A DNA stretch of 64,000 bases. Source: Vicugna vicugna. Its lineage: Eukaryota. This document shows, piece after piece, positions 63,976 to 64,000 of the stretch (position 1 is its first letter; every line of letters starts with the position of its first letter). The stretch lies in NCBI GenBank assembly GCA_013265495.1, contig MU058781.1:8103009-8167008 (forward strand). The letters run 5' to 3'. Made by a program: the position numbers and the translations under genes. The notes under the pieces were generated by a model, which was not told where the DNA came from, did no database searches, and worked only from the letters and a program-made list of their open reading frames with translations.

Positions 63976-64000
63976 ACCCCTGCCTGGTGACGTGGATTCA

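Noticed and set aside
1..64000. Prokaryotic-style systems (CRISPR, operons, defence islands) or a host protein-coding gene
   Set aside because: The repeat landscape is mammalian, there is no repeat-spacer array, and all ORFs are under 150 aa and either transposon-derived or unrecognisable.

Overview
Eutherian mammalian genomic DNA, most likely camelid (alpaca or camel). The taxon call rests on a tRNA-Ala(AGC)-derived SINE of vic-1 type and a young artiodactyl-type L1 3' end. The window is AT-rich, CpG-depleted, has two N gaps and looks intronic or intergenic. I found no supportable host protein-coding exon, functional RNA gene, CRISPR array or prokaryotic system. The only recognisable peptides in the ORF track are decayed transposon proteins: L1 ORF2, a CR1/L3 reverse transcriptase core, and a hAT dimerisation-domain relic. 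Much of the window is layered interspersed repeat (CR1, MamSINE1, MIR, L2, old and young L1, MaLR/ERVL LTRs, hAT and Tigger elements), several with visible target-site duplications or nesting. Repeat-poor islands at about 21-24 kb, 31-36 kb, 38.5-39.4 kb and 54.5-54.9 kb carry motif clusters or CpG excess and are the best candidates for functional regulatory DNA. Repeat family names come from remembered consensus sequences and need Dfam/RepeatMasker confirmation; boundaries without a TSD or TIR are approximate. I do not see evidence for a novel biological system.
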